DNA of 64,000 bases from an uncultured Gemmatimonadales bacterium (GCA_963842945.1 CAWJIM010000019.1:288001-352000), one strand, 5' to 3'. Counted from the first letter of the stretch, positions 48,447-58,754 are shown. A program made the numbers and translations. Notes: a model not told the origin generated them from the sequence alone.

Positions 48447-49709
48447 TCAGGTCACCCAGTCCCGCGCCCGATAATATCCTCCGACCAGCGGTAGAAACCA
48501 GGGAAATCCATTATAGAGCGGAAGCGCTCGAAAGCGCTCACTCCCCAGATCGGGGATTTGGCCGGCGCCGGCAATGACCTCCGCGATTCGGTGCCCCAGG
48601 TACGTGGCCAGCGCTACCCCATGACCACAATAGCCCATCGCATAATGGATTCCATCGAGCTTTCCAGCGTGAGGCAGATGGTTCCGCGGGTAGGCCACTT
48701 TGCCGGACCAGGCAAAATCGATCTCGACTCCGCCGAGTTGAGGAAAGACCTCCTGCATTCCAGTCCGCAGGATTGCAACGATCCGGTCGATTCCTACCGG
48801 TGTGAACGAGGCTCTGCCGCCAAACACCAGGCGGCGATCGGGGGAAAGCCGGAAGTAGTAAAGCAGGTGTTTGGTGTCGCTGAAGACCCTGCCCCGCGGA
48901 ACCAGCCGCTGTGCCAGCCCGGGCGGGAGCGGCGCGGTAGCAATCTGGTAGCTGCCGATCGGAATCACTCGGCGGCGAAGGGGTGAGAGCGCTCGCGGGG
49001 TATAGCCATTGGTTGCAGCCAGTACCTCTCGCGCGCGAATGACCGCGTCACCGGTGACAATCTCGAATCCGCCTTTCACTCGCCTGATCCGGAGGACGCG
49101 AACGTTCTCCTGGATGCGGGCACCGCCTCGGGCCGCGGCCGCTGCCATCCCCCGCACATATCTGGCCGGGTGCACGGCACAGGCTCCCGGATCCACCAGT
49201 GCCCCGTAGTAGCGCAGGCTGTCAATCTCCCTGCCCACCTCGCCGGGGCCCAGCAGCTCTGTGTGGTAGCCCAGCCGTTCATGAAGAAACCGGGCGCTCG
49301 CTTCCAGCGCGGCGACATGACCGGGCTTGGCGGCCAGGGTGACCGCGCCACAGCGAACGAAGTCACAGTCTATACGCTCATCGCTTATGAGGGTCGCGAC
49401 GTACTCGATAGCATCAAGGGATAGCCGGAACATGCCGGCGGCGCGTTCGGAGCCCAGGCGACGTTCCAGCTCCTCCATCTCAGGCTTGTAGCCCGGCAGG
49501 ATGAAACCGCCGTTGCGGCTACTGGCTCCCCATCCTACGGTATGCTGCTCCAACACGGTGGCTTCCAGTCCGAGTCGGGCCAGCGTTCTGGCCGCGGACA
49601 GACCGGTGTACCCCCCGCCGATGATCACCACGTCGCTGGAAGGGGGAAGCGGGGATGGAGGAACCGGGAGAGGAGGAGCTGTTTCAGTCCAGAGGCAGCG
49701 CTCAATCAT
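48447..49709 (-). CDS. puuB: FAD-dependent oxidoreductase, gamma-glutamylputrescine oxidase-like
   Basis: IIGGGYTGLS, GWGASSRNGG, ATNGY and GYCGHGV motifs, plus context. Confidence 0.75.
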   Translation of the reverse strand: MIERCLWTETAPPLPVPPSPLPPSSDVVIIGGGYTGLSAARTLARLGLEATVLEQHTVGWGASSRNGGFILPGYKPEMEELERRLGSERAAGMFRLSLDAIEYVATLISDERIDCDFVRCGAVTLAAKPGHVAALEASARFLHERLGYHTELLGPGEVGREIDSLRYYGALVDPGACAVHPARYVRGMAAAAARGGARIQENVRVLRIRRVKGGFEIVTGDAVIRAREVLAATNGYTPRALSPLRRRVIPIGSYQIATAPLPPGLAQRLVPRGRVFSDTKHLLYYFRLSPDRRLVFGGRASFTPVGIDRIVAILRTGMQEVFPQLGGVEIDFAWSGKVAYPRNHLPHAGKLDGIHYAMGYCGHGVALATYLGHRIAEVIAGAGQIPDLGSERFRALPLYNGFPWFLPLVGGYYRARDWVT

Positions 49710-49742
49710 CGGTGACCAGCTCGATCCCCCCAGTCATGCGCT

Positions 49743-50543
49743 TCATCGCATCCTCGCCTCCCTGCCTCCCGCGTCCCGCCGAACCAACCGGTCAGCCAGG
49801 TAGATCAGCAATGCGGTGACCAGCAGGATGATCGTGCTGATGGCGTTGATGCTTGGCTCAACGGTCTTGCGCACCATCCCATACACCACAATCGGAAGGG
49901 TGGAAGACCCGGAGCCGGAGACAAAGGAGGTGATCACGAAGTCATCGAAAGACATCGTGAACGCGAGCAGCGCCCCCGCAAAGATTCCGGGCCACAGCTG
50001 CGGCAGGGTGACACGCCAGAAGGTTGCCATCTCGTCTGCGCCGAGAGTCATGGCTGCTTCCTCGAGATGCTGGTCCATACCCTGCAGCCGGGCCAGCACT
50101 ACAACGACGACAAAGCTGATGCAGAACGCAACATGGGCGATGGTGATGGTGGCGAAGCCCAGCGGCAGGCGAAGGAGAACGAAAAGGATCAACAGTGAAA
50201 TCCCAACCACTATTTCCGGGGTAACGATAGGGAGATAGAGGAACGCTTCAACGGCCCGGCGGCCGGTAAACCGATGCCGAGCCAGCGCCAGGGCGAGCAA
50301 GGTTCCGAGAAGAGTAGCAATCAGCGTTGCCGTCAGGCCCACCAGTAGGCTCAGCTTGAGGCCGTGGAGGATCTCGGGTCGTTCGAGCAATCGCTGATAC
50401 CAGCGGAAGGTGAAACCCTCCCATTCGACCGAGAACTTGGAGTCGTTGAAGGAGAAGACGATCAGGATCAGGAGGGGCAGGTGGAGAAAGGCATAGACCA
50501 TTCCGCTTACGGCCAGAAGCCAGCGCGGAGCTGGCCGGTTCAT
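49743..50543 (-). CDS. potC: Polyamine ABC permease
   Basis: FSFN, EEAAMTLGA and SFDDFVIT. Confidence 0.9.
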   Translation of the reverse strand: MNRPAPRWLLAVSGMVYAFLHLPLLILIVFSFNDSKFSVEWEGFTFRWYQRLLERPEILHGLKLSLLVGLTATLIATLLGTLLALALARHRFTGRRAVEAFLYLPIVTPEIVVGISLLILFVLLRLPLGFATITIAHVAFCISFVVVVVLARLQGMDQHLEEAAMTLGADEMATFWRVTLPQLWPGIFAGALLAFTMSFDDFVITSFVSGSGSSTLPIVVYGMVRKTVEPSINAISTIILLVTALLIYLADRLVRRDAGGREARMR

Positions 50544-51427
50544 GACAAGGTGCCGGCCGGTGCCCGGCCTTGTATCCGGAGATAGATCAGAACTGCCACG
50601 AGTACCAACGCCATCACGATGAACGAGGCCGCTGACCCAAACGGCCAGTTTCGGGCGGCGGAAAACTGATTCTGTACCAGATTCCCGATCATCATCTGCT
50701 TTGCGCCACCGAGCAGATCCGGCGTGAGGAATGAGCCCAAGGCTGGAATGAAGACCAGCAGTGAACCGGCAATGATGCCCGGCATGGAGAGGGGAAGAGT
50801 TACTCGCCAGAAACGGGCAGAGGGCCGGGCCCCCAGCACCTCCGCGGCTTCGAGCAGAGAGGCATCGAGCTTTTCGAGCGACGCGTAGACCGGGAGAATC
50901 ATGAAGGGAAGAAAGCCGTAGACCAGCCCCACCATGACGGCGGCGGGCGTGTACAGAATGGTCAATGGCTCGCGAGTCAGACCCAACCGAAGCAGCCAGT
51001 CATTGATCAGCCCGGTGTCGCGCAGCAGAAAGATTATGGCGAAAGTCCGGACCAGGAAGCTGGTCCAGAAAGGCAGCACCACCAACAGCAGCAGCAGGTG
51101 CCGCCAGCGACCCGACCGAGCGATCAGATATGCGACCGGGTATCCCAGCATGAGGCAGATGACCGTGCAGGCCACCGACCAGAGGAAGGTTCGCTGAAGG
51201 ACGTCCAGGTAGAGAGGATCGAAGAAGCGAGCGTAGTGCTCGAGAGTAAAGCCAGGGTCCACGCCGCCGTAGACCCCCCGGGGCATGAAGCTGTACGCCA
51301 GCATGATCAGAATGGGGACCAAAAAGAACACAATCAGCCAAAACATGCCGGGCCCCAGCAGGGTCCAGGCTTGGATGCCGGGACGGGAGAACCGACGGAC
51401 AACCCGGCGATGCCAGGAGGTGCTCAT
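50540..51427 (-). CDS. potB: Polyamine ABC permease
   Basis: PFWTSFLVRT, LPFMILP, EAAEVLGA and RNWPFGSA. Confidence 0.9.
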   Translation of the reverse strand: MSTSWHRRVVRRFSRPGIQAWTLLGPGMFWLIVFFLVPILIMLAYSFMPRGVYGGVDPGFTLEHYARFFDPLYLDVLQRTFLWSVACTVICLMLGYPVAYLIARSGRWRHLLLLLVVLPFWTSFLVRTFAIIFLLRDTGLINDWLLRLGLTREPLTILYTPAAVMVGLVYGFLPFMILPVYASLEKLDASLLEAAEVLGARPSARFWRVTLPLSMPGIIAGSLLVFIPALGSFLTPDLLGGAKQMMIGNLVQNQFSAARNWPFGSAASFIVMALVLVAVLIYLRIQGRAPAGTLS

Positions 51428-52545
51428 CCCGCCTCGAGGACTTGGCATTCTTCAGGCTGCCAGACCACGGCGACGGCCTCTCCCCGCTTCCAGGCCAGTG
51501 GCTTGAGCAGCTGGCCTTCATTCCGGACCGCCACCTTCACCTTGCCTACTTGGGGAACGGTGACGACGACATGGATGGTCTCGCCCAGATAGATGATGTC
51601 ACCGATGGTGCCGATCACAGCGTTTTCTGCCCCGGGCACCTCACCCGGGTGGCAGATGTCCATCCACTCCGGTCTTACGGCAATGCACACTTCCGACCCG
51701 TTTTCTAACCGGAGACTGTCAGGCAGCCTGAACGACAGCCCGGGACCGCGCGCGGTCCACTCTCCCCGGGAGTCCTTCGTCGCGCGGCCCTGGAAGAAAT
51801 TGGATTCGCCGATAAACGTGGCGACGAACGCGGTTCGCGGGTTCTCGTAGATCTCGGCCGGCGTGCCCAGCTGAGCCAGCCGGGCGTTCTCCAAGACGCC
51901 GATCCGATCCGACATCGTCAGGGCTTCCTCCTGATCGTGGGTGACGTATACGAAGGTGGTGCCCAGCTGCTTGTTCAGGGCCTTGAGCTCCAGCTGCATT
52001 TCCTTCCTGAGCTTCAGATCAATCGCGCCGAGCGGCTCGTCCAGCAGCAGGATCGCCGGCTCCAGAACCAGCGCCCGCGCCAACGCCACTCGCTGCCGCT
52101 GCCCGCCGGACAGCTGGCTCGGCCTGCGTTTCCCGAACAGGTCAGGATCGAGCCGCACCATCTCGAGGGCACGCCGAACCCGCTGATCGATCTCCGCTCT
52201 CGGCGTTTTTCGCTGCTCCAGTCCAAAGGCCACGTTCCGAGCCACCGAGAGGTGAGGAAACAAGGCGTAGTTCTGAAACACCATGGAGAGCGGTCGCTCA
52301 TACGGTCGTGTCTGGTTGACCGTTTGACCGAGGAGACGGATTTCCCCGCTCCCTTCATCCGGTTGCTCCAGGCCGGCAAGCAGTCGCAAGGTCGTAGTCT
52401 TTCCGCAGCCGGAGGGGCCCAGGAGGGAAAAGAATTCACCTGGGTATATCTCGAAGGAGATATCGTTTACGGCCTTGATCTCGCCAAAGCTCTTGGTAAC
52501 CCGGATGAACTGGACAACAGGTGGGCTCGGTACGGCCGTGCTCAC
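51424..52545 (-). CDS. potA: Polyamine ABC ATP-binding protein
   Basis: GPSGCGKTT, FQNYALFPH, LSGGQRQR, LLLDEP and a TOBE-like C-terminus. GTG overlaps the gabT stop. Confidence 0.92.
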   Translation of the reverse strand: MSTAVPSPPVVQFIRVTKSFGEIKAVNDISFEIYPGEFFSLLGPSGCGKTTTLRLLAGLEQPDEGSGEIRLLGQTVNQTRPYERPLSMVFQNYALFPHLSVARNVAFGLEQRKTPRAEIDQRVRRALEMVRLDPDLFGKRRPSQLSGGQRQRVALARALVLEPAILLLDEPLGAIDLKLRKEMQLELKALNKQLGTTFVYVTHDQEEALTMSDRIGVLENARLAQLGTPAEIYENPRTAFVATFIGESNFFQGRATKDSRGEWTARGPGLSFRLPDSLRLENGSEVCIAVRPEWMDICHPGEVPGAENAVIGTIGDIIYLGETIHVVVTVPQVGKVKVAVRNEGQLLKPLAWKRGEAVAVVWQPEECQVLEAG

Positions 52546-53888
52546 GACGTCGCGGCTTCCAGCGACTGCTTCAGAACGTCGAGACCCTCCTTCAGCACGG
52601 CTTCCGGCGTGGTGAGCGGGGCCAGAAGTCTGATCGTGTTCCCGTACGTGCCAGCCGCCAGCAGAATCAGACCGCGCTGCATCGCTGCCGAAAGCACGGC
52701 CTGAGTCAGCTCGGGATTTGGCGCCTTGCTTCTGCGATCCCGCACCAGCTCCATCGCCATCATCGCGCCCAGGCCTCGGACATCCCCGATGACCTCGTGC
52801 TCGGTGACCCACCGGCAGAAGCGCGAACGGATCTGCTCACCCATCCGCGAGGCCAGGCCGACCAGGTCCTCGGCTTCCATGGCGTCAATGACGGCGAGTG
52901 CCGCCGCACACGCGAGAGGATTGCCGCCATAGGTCCCTCCCAGCCCACCCACCTGGGGCGCATCCATCACCTCGGCCCGGCCAGTTACCGCAGCCAGCGG
53001 GAACCCGCCTGCCAGCGACTTTGCGGTGACGATGATGTCCGGTATCAGGTCGTAATGCTCGCTGGCGAACAGCTTTCCGGTGCGGCCGAACCCGGTCTGG
53101 ATTTCATCGGCAATGAACAGGATGCCGTGCTCCCGGGCGAAGGCGGCCAGCTCGCTCACGTACTCCTTCGGTGCCGGAACGAATCCCCCTTCACCCAGCT
53201 GCAACTCCATGACTACGGCGGCAACCGACTGGGGATCCACGATGGCCGCGAACATTTCCTCCAGCCTGGGCCGGCTCGCCTGACAACACCTCCCGGCATC
53301 ACCGGCGTGCCGTGCCTCAGGGCAGCGATAACAATAAGGAAAGGGAATGCGGTAGACCTCAGGGGCAAACGGCCCGAAACCCTTCTTGTAGGGGCTCACC
53401 TTCGAGGTGAGCGCCATGGCCAGGTTGGTCCGGCCGTGGAAGGCATGTTCGAAGCACACCAGCGCCGGCCGGCCGCTGAAATGGCGGGCGACTTTGACCG
53501 CGTTCTCGATCGCCTCAGCTCCGCTGTTGAGCAGGAACGTCTTCTTCGGGTGGGTGCCCGGAGTTATCCGGTTCAGCCGTTCGGCGAGTCGGACGTAGGG
53601 CTCGTAGGTTGACACCGGAAAGCAGACGTGGGCAAAACGATCCAGTTGGCTCCGAACCGCCTCCACCACTCCGGGATGGCGATGTCCAGTGTTCACCACT
53701 CCGATGCCACCGGCAAAGTCTATCAGGCGGTTCCCATCGGCATCGGTGATCACGGCCCCCTCGGCATGGACCACTGCGATGGGAGTCACGGCCGGCACTC
53801 CCCGTGGAACCGCGGCAGCCCGGCGCTCGAGGAGGGCCCGACTGGCCGGTCCTGGTATCTCGGTTCGCAGCTGAATGACGGGAGACAT
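52542..53888 (-). CDS. gabT: 4-aminobutyrate aminotransferase
   Basis: IDFAGGIGV, NSGAEAIENAVK, FHGRT, DEIQTGFGRTG and GGTYGGNP. Confidence 0.9.
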   Translation of the reverse strand: MSPVIQLRTEIPGPASRALLERRAAAVPRGVPAVTPIAVVHAEGAVITDADGNRLIDFAGGIGVVNTGHRHPGVVEAVRSQLDRFAHVCFPVSTYEPYVRLAERLNRITPGTHPKKTFLLNSGAEAIENAVKVARHFSGRPALVCFEHAFHGRTNLAMALTSKVSPYKKGFGPFAPEVYRIPFPYCYRCPEARHAGDAGRCCQASRPRLEEMFAAIVDPQSVAAVVMELQLGEGGFVPAPKEYVSELAAFAREHGILFIADEIQTGFGRTGKLFASEHYDLIPDIIVTAKSLAGGFPLAAVTGRAEVMDAPQVGGLGGTYGGNPLACAAALAVIDAMEAEDLVGLASRMGEQIRSRFCRWVTEHEVIGDVRGLGAMMAMELVRDRRSKAPNPELTQAVLSAAMQRGLILLAAGTYGNTIRLLAPLTTPEAVLKEGLDVLKQSLEAATS

Positions 53889-54328
53889 CACACCTCTGCT
53901 GGAATAGCTGAAGAGCGGACGCGAGATCCGGAGATTATCGTGGGCCGGGGCGGGGCGTAAGAGGGTACGGCTTTTCTGGTACCCGGTGCACTGGACTGCA
54001 GCGGCCTTTTTCGGGGCGTTCCCTTCAACTCGTTCCTGAGTAATAAGTTGCCTAGTGGCATAGAGATACCAATCTGCACACCTGCCAGTGGCAGTGTGAC
54101 GAGGGGGCTGGACAGGGGGTGGGGGGCCGGAGCTACTATGGCTGAGTACCAGCCCCCTCTTCGGGGGTGCGTACGTTTGCATCCTCCGACCAAGCGGAGG
54201 GTCCACTCTCACAGCTGACGATCTCCTTGAGCTGTGAGCCCCCATCAGCGGCGGGGGCGAGGTTCCGCAGGCGGATGTTGCCGACGGGGCCAGACCGAGT
54301 GCCGCACCAACAATGAAAAGAGGAGTTT

Positions 54329-55561
54329 GTGAGAGTCCTGCTCCTGGGTGCCGGCGCGGTGGGGACCGTGTCCGCCCTCAAATTCGCGAAGGAGGCGATG
54401 CTCGAGAAACTCGTCATCGCCGATGCAGTGGCCGCTCGCGCCTCAGTTCTCGCGGACCGGCTCAACGATTCGAGGGTTACGGCAGTAGAGCTCCACGCGG
54501 GCAACCGAGACGCCGTAGCCAATGTCATTCGAGAAACCAGTACTACGCTTCTCTTGAACGCGGCGCTTCCCGCGACCAACCTCGCTGTGATGCGGGCCTG
54601 CCTGGATGCAGGCTGCGATTACATCGATCTTGCCAGCGCGGGAACGGACGCGGACGGCATCCCCAAGATGGATGACCAGTTTGCGCTCGGGGCCGAGTTC
54701 AAGGCCGCCGGCCGGCTCGCCCTCCTGGGCATGGGCGCCGACCCCGGCACCACGAATGTCTATGCCGCCTACGCGGCCAAGCACCTGCTCGATGTGGTCT
54801 CCGAACTGCGGGTGCGGGACGGCGACAACGCCGTATGCCAGGGAAGCAGCGGCCTTATCGCGGCGTTCAGTCCCTGGGTCATGATCGATGAATGTCTGTG
54901 CCAGGCGGTGTCTTACCGGGCAGGGCGCTACTGCCTGGAGGAGCCGCTGAGCGGAGAGGAGCCGTTCGATTTCCCGGAGCTGGGAGTCTTGAGCTGCTAC
55001 TATGTGGACCATGAGGAATCCAAGACGCTGCCCCGGTTCTTTCCCCAGGCGCGGGTCATCGACTTCAAGTTGTGCATGGATGAGCTGACCGTCGAGACGC
55101 TGCAGGTCATCAAGCGTCTGGGGCTCTCCCGCACCGATCAAGTGAAAGTCGGCGAGGCCAGCGTGGCCCCTCGCGACCTGCTGGTCTCACTGCTTCCCCA
55201 GCCCAAGGATCTGGCCGGGCGGCTGCGGGGCAAGACCTGCGTCGGCACCCTGGCCCGAGGCTACAAGAACAACGAGCCAAAGGCCTACTTTGTCTATAAT
55301 GTGAGCGATCACGAAGCGACCTATCGTGAGCTCGGCGTGCAGGCCACGGCGTACCAGACCGGAATTCCGCCGGTCATCGCCGCACGTCTGATCTCCACCG
55401 GAGTCTGGAAGGGAACCGGCGTGATGTCTCCCGAGCAGTTCGACCCCGACCCCTTCCTGGAGCAGCTGGCCAAAGAGGGGATGCCTTGGCAGGTGCGGGA
55501 TGATTCCCAGCGTCTTGGCGTTCCGCGCGGTCGCCCATCCCGCGAGATCGCAGCGGCCTAG
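54329..55561 (+). CDS. Saccharopine dehydrogenase family protein (carboxy(nor)spermidine dehydrogenase-like)
   Basis: GAGAVG, YIDLA, GMGADPGTTN, HEE and QATAYQTGIP motifs. GAGGAG RBS. Confidence 0.8.
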   Translation: MRVLLLGAGAVGTVSALKFAKEAMLEKLVIADAVAARASVLADRLNDSRVTAVELHAGNRDAVANVIRETSTTLLLNAALPATNLAVMRACLDAGCDYIDLASAGTDADGIPKMDDQFALGAEFKAAGRLALLGMGADPGTTNVYAAYAAKHLLDVVSELRVRDGDNAVCQGSSGLIAAFSPWVMIDECLCQAVSYRAGRYCLEEPLSGEEPFDFPELGVLSCYYVDHEESKTLPRFFPQARVIDFKLCMDELTVETLQVIKRLGLSRTDQVKVGEASVAPRDLLVSLLPQPKDLAGRLRGKTCVGTLARGYKNNEPKAYFVYNVSDHEATYRELGVQATAYQTGIPPVIAARLISTGVWKGTGVMSPEQFDPDPFLEQLAKEGMPWQVRDDSQRLGVPRGRPSREIAAA

Positions 55562-55594
55562 CACATCGGCTCAGTACGAAAAGAAGGGGGAACC

Positions 55595-57094
55595 ATGACG
55601 ACCACGGCTCGGGTGCACGGGCCGGCGAAGAAGTCGCCTGTCACCCGCTATCAGATGTACATCGATGGCCGTTTCGTCGATGGACAGGACGGCCAGACTC
55701 TGGAGGTGTACGATCCTTCCACCGAGGAGGCCATCGCCACCGTCCCCGCCGGTAAGGCTGGGGACGTAGACCGGGCGGCCCAGGCCGCGACCCGGGCGTT
55801 TTATCAGGGATGGAAAGGTGTCACGGCTCAGGAACGGGGCCGAATTCTCTTTCGCCTGGCAGAACGGGTGCGGGCGCGGCGGACGGAACTGGCCGAGCTG
55901 GAGACCCGGAACACGGGGAAGCCGATTACCGAGTCTGAATACGACATGGACGATACGGCGACGTGCTTCGAGTACTACGGCGGCCTAGCCACCAAGATCA
56001 ATGGCGAGGTGCTGCCGGTTCCCGCCGAGGCGGTCGCGTTCGCCATGCGAGAGCCCGTGGGCGTGGCCGGTCAAATCATCCCCTGGAACTATCCCCTGCT
56101 GATGGCGGCCTGGAAGATCGGACCGGCGCTGGCGGCGGGCTGCACGGTGGTGCTCAAACCGGCCGAACAGACGCCCCTGTCCATTCTGGAGCTGGCCCGG
56201 GATTTTGAAGGGCTGGGACTGCCGCCGGGCGTGGTAAACATCGTCACCGGTGACGGACCCGGTGCCGGAGCCCCCCTGGTGGCTCATCCCGCGGTGCGCA
56301 AGATCGCCTTCACCGGCAGCGCAGAGGTGGGCAAGAGCATCATGCGGAACGCAGCCGATCAGCTCAAGCGGGTCTCCCTCGAGCTGGGCGGCAAGTCTCC
56401 CAACATCTTCTTCAGCGACGCCGATTTTGAGAACGCGGTGGACGGCGCGCTCTTCGGTACCTTCATCAACCAGGGTGAGGTCTGCTCCGCCGGCAGCAGG
56501 GTGCTGGTGCAGCGGGACATCTATAAGAAGTTCGTCGACGCTGCCACGGCCAAGGCCAAAACCATCAAGCTTGGTCCGGGACTGGACCGGGAAACCAAAA
56601 TGGGTCCCCTCGTCAGCGCCGAGCAGCGGGACCGGGTCGCAGGGTACCTCGATATCGGTCGAAAGGAGGCGAAGGTGGCGGTCGGCGGCGGCAAGCCGAA
56701 ACAGTTTGACAAGGGCTGGTATATCGAGCCGACCATCTTCTACGACGTGGACAACTCGGCCACCATCGCGCAGGAGGAGATCTTCGGTCCGGTGATGAGT
56801 GTGATCCCCTTCAACGACGAGGCCGAAGCAATCCGAATTGCCAACGCGACACCTTACGGCCTGGCGGCAGCAGTGTGGACCCGCGACATCTTCAAGGCCT
56901 TTCGAGTGGTCAAAGCCCTGGAGGCCGGGATTGTCTGGGTCAACCACATGCAGCCCACCTTCGTGGAAGCCCCGTGGGGCGGCTACAAGGCGTCAGGTTT
57001 CGGGCGGGAGCTAGGGCACTGGGGGGTCGAGGAGTACCTCGAGACCAAACAGGTCTTCATCAATCTCGATGAGAAGCCCATAGGCTGGTATTAG
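55595..57094 (+). CDS. Aldehyde dehydrogenase (betaine/aminoaldehyde-type)
   Basis: IPWNYP, KPAEQTP, FTGS, LELGGKS, NQGEVC and EEIFGP. Confidence 0.93.
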   Translation: MTTTARVHGPAKKSPVTRYQMYIDGRFVDGQDGQTLEVYDPSTEEAIATVPAGKAGDVDRAAQAATRAFYQGWKGVTAQERGRILFRLAERVRARRTELAELETRNTGKPITESEYDMDDTATCFEYYGGLATKINGEVLPVPAEAVAFAMREPVGVAGQIIPWNYPLLMAAWKIGPALAAGCTVVLKPAEQTPLSILELARDFEGLGLPPGVVNIVTGDGPGAGAPLVAHPAVRKIAFTGSAEVGKSIMRNAADQLKRVSLELGGKSPNIFFSDADFENAVDGALFGTFINQGEVCSAGSRVLVQRDIYKKFVDAATAKAKTIKLGPGLDRETKMGPLVSAEQRDRVAGYLDIGRKEAKVAVGGGKPKQFDKGWYIEPTIFYDVDNSATIAQEEIFGPVMSVIPFNDEAEAIRIANATPYGLAAAVWTRDIFKAFRVVKALEAGIVWVNHMQPTFVEAPWGGYKASGFGRELGHWGVEEYLETKQVFINLDEKPIGWY

Positions 57095-57096
57095 GA

Positions 57097-57185
57097 AGTC
57101 GTGAGTCAGCAGCCGCCGGTCGCCAGACTATCAGATGGGATGGCGACTCTCACCTGGCGGCTGTCGACTGATGACTGACGACTGA
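57097..57185. repeat. Long imperfect hairpin with heptamer-repeat arms
   Basis: AGTCGTG AGTCAGC AGCCGCC...GGCGGCT GTC GACTGAT GACTGAC GACTGA directly after the ALDH stop. Confidence 0.6.
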
Positions 57186-57364
57186 GAAGCAGTTGCACTT
57201 GCGCAACGATGGGTCGCCACTACCCCCCTGCAATTCCTGGCACAACCGCTCCAGACAATTGCGACGCAACAGCTTCGACTGGTGCAACTCGGGCACGATG
57301 CTCGCATTCCCCGCCTGTCCGTCGTGGTCGCGCAGGCTCATTCTACCATCCCACAATCCAAAAC

Positions 57365-58747
57365 GTGAATCCTCTCGCTCCGAGTGAGAATCAGCTGCGC
57401 AACGTTCGGATCGAGGATCTGCTCGGCCGCCCCCCAGTCAATCTGGATCTCTCAACCGCGCGGGCGGATTTGCAGGGTCGGGTCATTCTCCTGACCGGGG
57501 CCGCCGGATCGATTGGTTCCGAGCTAGCCCGTCAGATCATGCCCTTTCGCCCGGCCCGCCTGGTGCTGCTGGATCAGTCTGAGAGCGACCTGTATTTCGT
57601 TCACCTGGAGCTCAAGGAATCTCATCCTCAGGTGGAGCTGGTTCCAGTCATCTGCGACATCACCAATCAGAGCCGGCTGGCCCAGGTCTACGCCCAGTTT
57701 CGCCCGGAATACGTCATCCATGCTGCGGCGTACAAGCATGTGCCGCTGATGGAGGCCAACGTGCTCGAGGCGGTGCGCAACAACGTCCTCGGCACTCTGC
57801 TCGTCGCCACCAATGCGGTGCGCTATGGCGCCACCAAGATGCTGCTGGTCTCGACCGACAAGGCGATTCGGCCCTCCAGCGTCATGGGCGCCACCAAACG
57901 GGTGGCTGAACGGATCATCTTCGGCCTGCCCAATCTCCACCGGTACGGGACCGACTTCAGGGCGGTGCGCTTTCGTAATGTGCTGGCCTCCAAGGGAAGC
58001 GTCATCCCCTTGTTCGAGCGCCAGCTGGCGGCAGGCGGGCCGATCACCGTCACCCATCCGGACGTCCAGCGCTACTTCATGACCATCCCGGAAGCGGCCC
58101 AGCTGGTGCTCCAGGCGGGATCGCTGGGAGAGACGGCCGGCGCGATTGCGATGCTGGAGATGGGGGAGCCGGTCCGAATTCTCGACCTGGCCGAGAAGCT
58201 CGTCCGCTTTTCCGGTCGGGTTCCCGGCAAAGACATTCAGATCGTGTTCACCGGTCTCCGTCCCGGCGAGAAGCTGCGCGAGGAGGAGATCTCGACCCTC
58301 GAGGCCACGGTACCGACCTCTGCCGAAAAAATTCGGATCAGTCAGACTACGGAAATCGCAGGGCCCGAGCTGGTCCAAAAGCTCAGCCGGCTCTTCGCCT
58401 TCCTCGAAGCTGGAGACCGCGAGGGTCTGCTCACCACGCTGTGCGAGCTGGTACCCGAGTGCGTGCCGCCCCTGCGCCAGTTTCTCTCAGCACCCTTCGC
58501 AGCCCGCGTCGATTCTGTGGGCACCCAGACCTGGCCGGCGCTAGTCGGTTCCAGTGAGACTTACCGGTGCGAGCGCCGGCGAGTCGCTGGCTTGGTATCA
58601 GAGCCTTCCGAACTTCGGTTGACGAACCGGCGGGAGGGAGTCGCATGCCGCCGTAAGACCCCTCGCACGGGTGGGCGCCGGCGCACGGACCTAGGTGTGC
58701 TGCGGGATCCCCTCGGGCCGCCTCGCAGGCAGCCGGTTGAACGGTGA
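57365..58747 (+). CDS. CapD/PglF-like nucleotide-sugar dehydratase (catalytic domain only)
   Basis: IEDLLGR, TGAAGSIGSEL, HAAAYKHVP, STDKA, MGATKR, RYFMTIPEA and GLRPGEKL. Lacks the N-terminal TM region; start uncertain. Confidence 0.85.
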   Translation: MNPLAPSENQLRNVRIEDLLGRPPVNLDLSTARADLQGRVILLTGAAGSIGSELARQIMPFRPARLVLLDQSESDLYFVHLELKESHPQVELVPVICDITNQSRLAQVYAQFRPEYVIHAAAYKHVPLMEANVLEAVRNNVLGTLLVATNAVRYGATKMLLVSTDKAIRPSSVMGATKRVAERIIFGLPNLHRYGTDFRAVRFRNVLASKGSVIPLFERQLAAGGPITVTHPDVQRYFMTIPEAAQLVLQAGSLGETAGAIAMLEMGEPVRILDLAEKLVRFSGRVPGKDIQIVFTGLRPGEKLREEEISTLEATVPTSAEKIRISQTTEIAGPELVQKLSRLFAFLEAGDREGLLTTLCELVPECVPPLRQFLSAPFAARVDSVGTQTWPALVGSSETYRCERRRVAGLVSEPSELRLTNRREGVACRRKTPRTGGRRRTDLGVLRDPLGPPRRQPVER

Positions 58748-58754
58748 TTCCGGT

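Noticed and set aside
52542..54245. Extended N-termini given by the ORF track for gabT (also potA, htpX, Smr, pilin)
   Set aside because: Family similarity begins at downstream starts, most of which have an RBS or a stop-start overlap.
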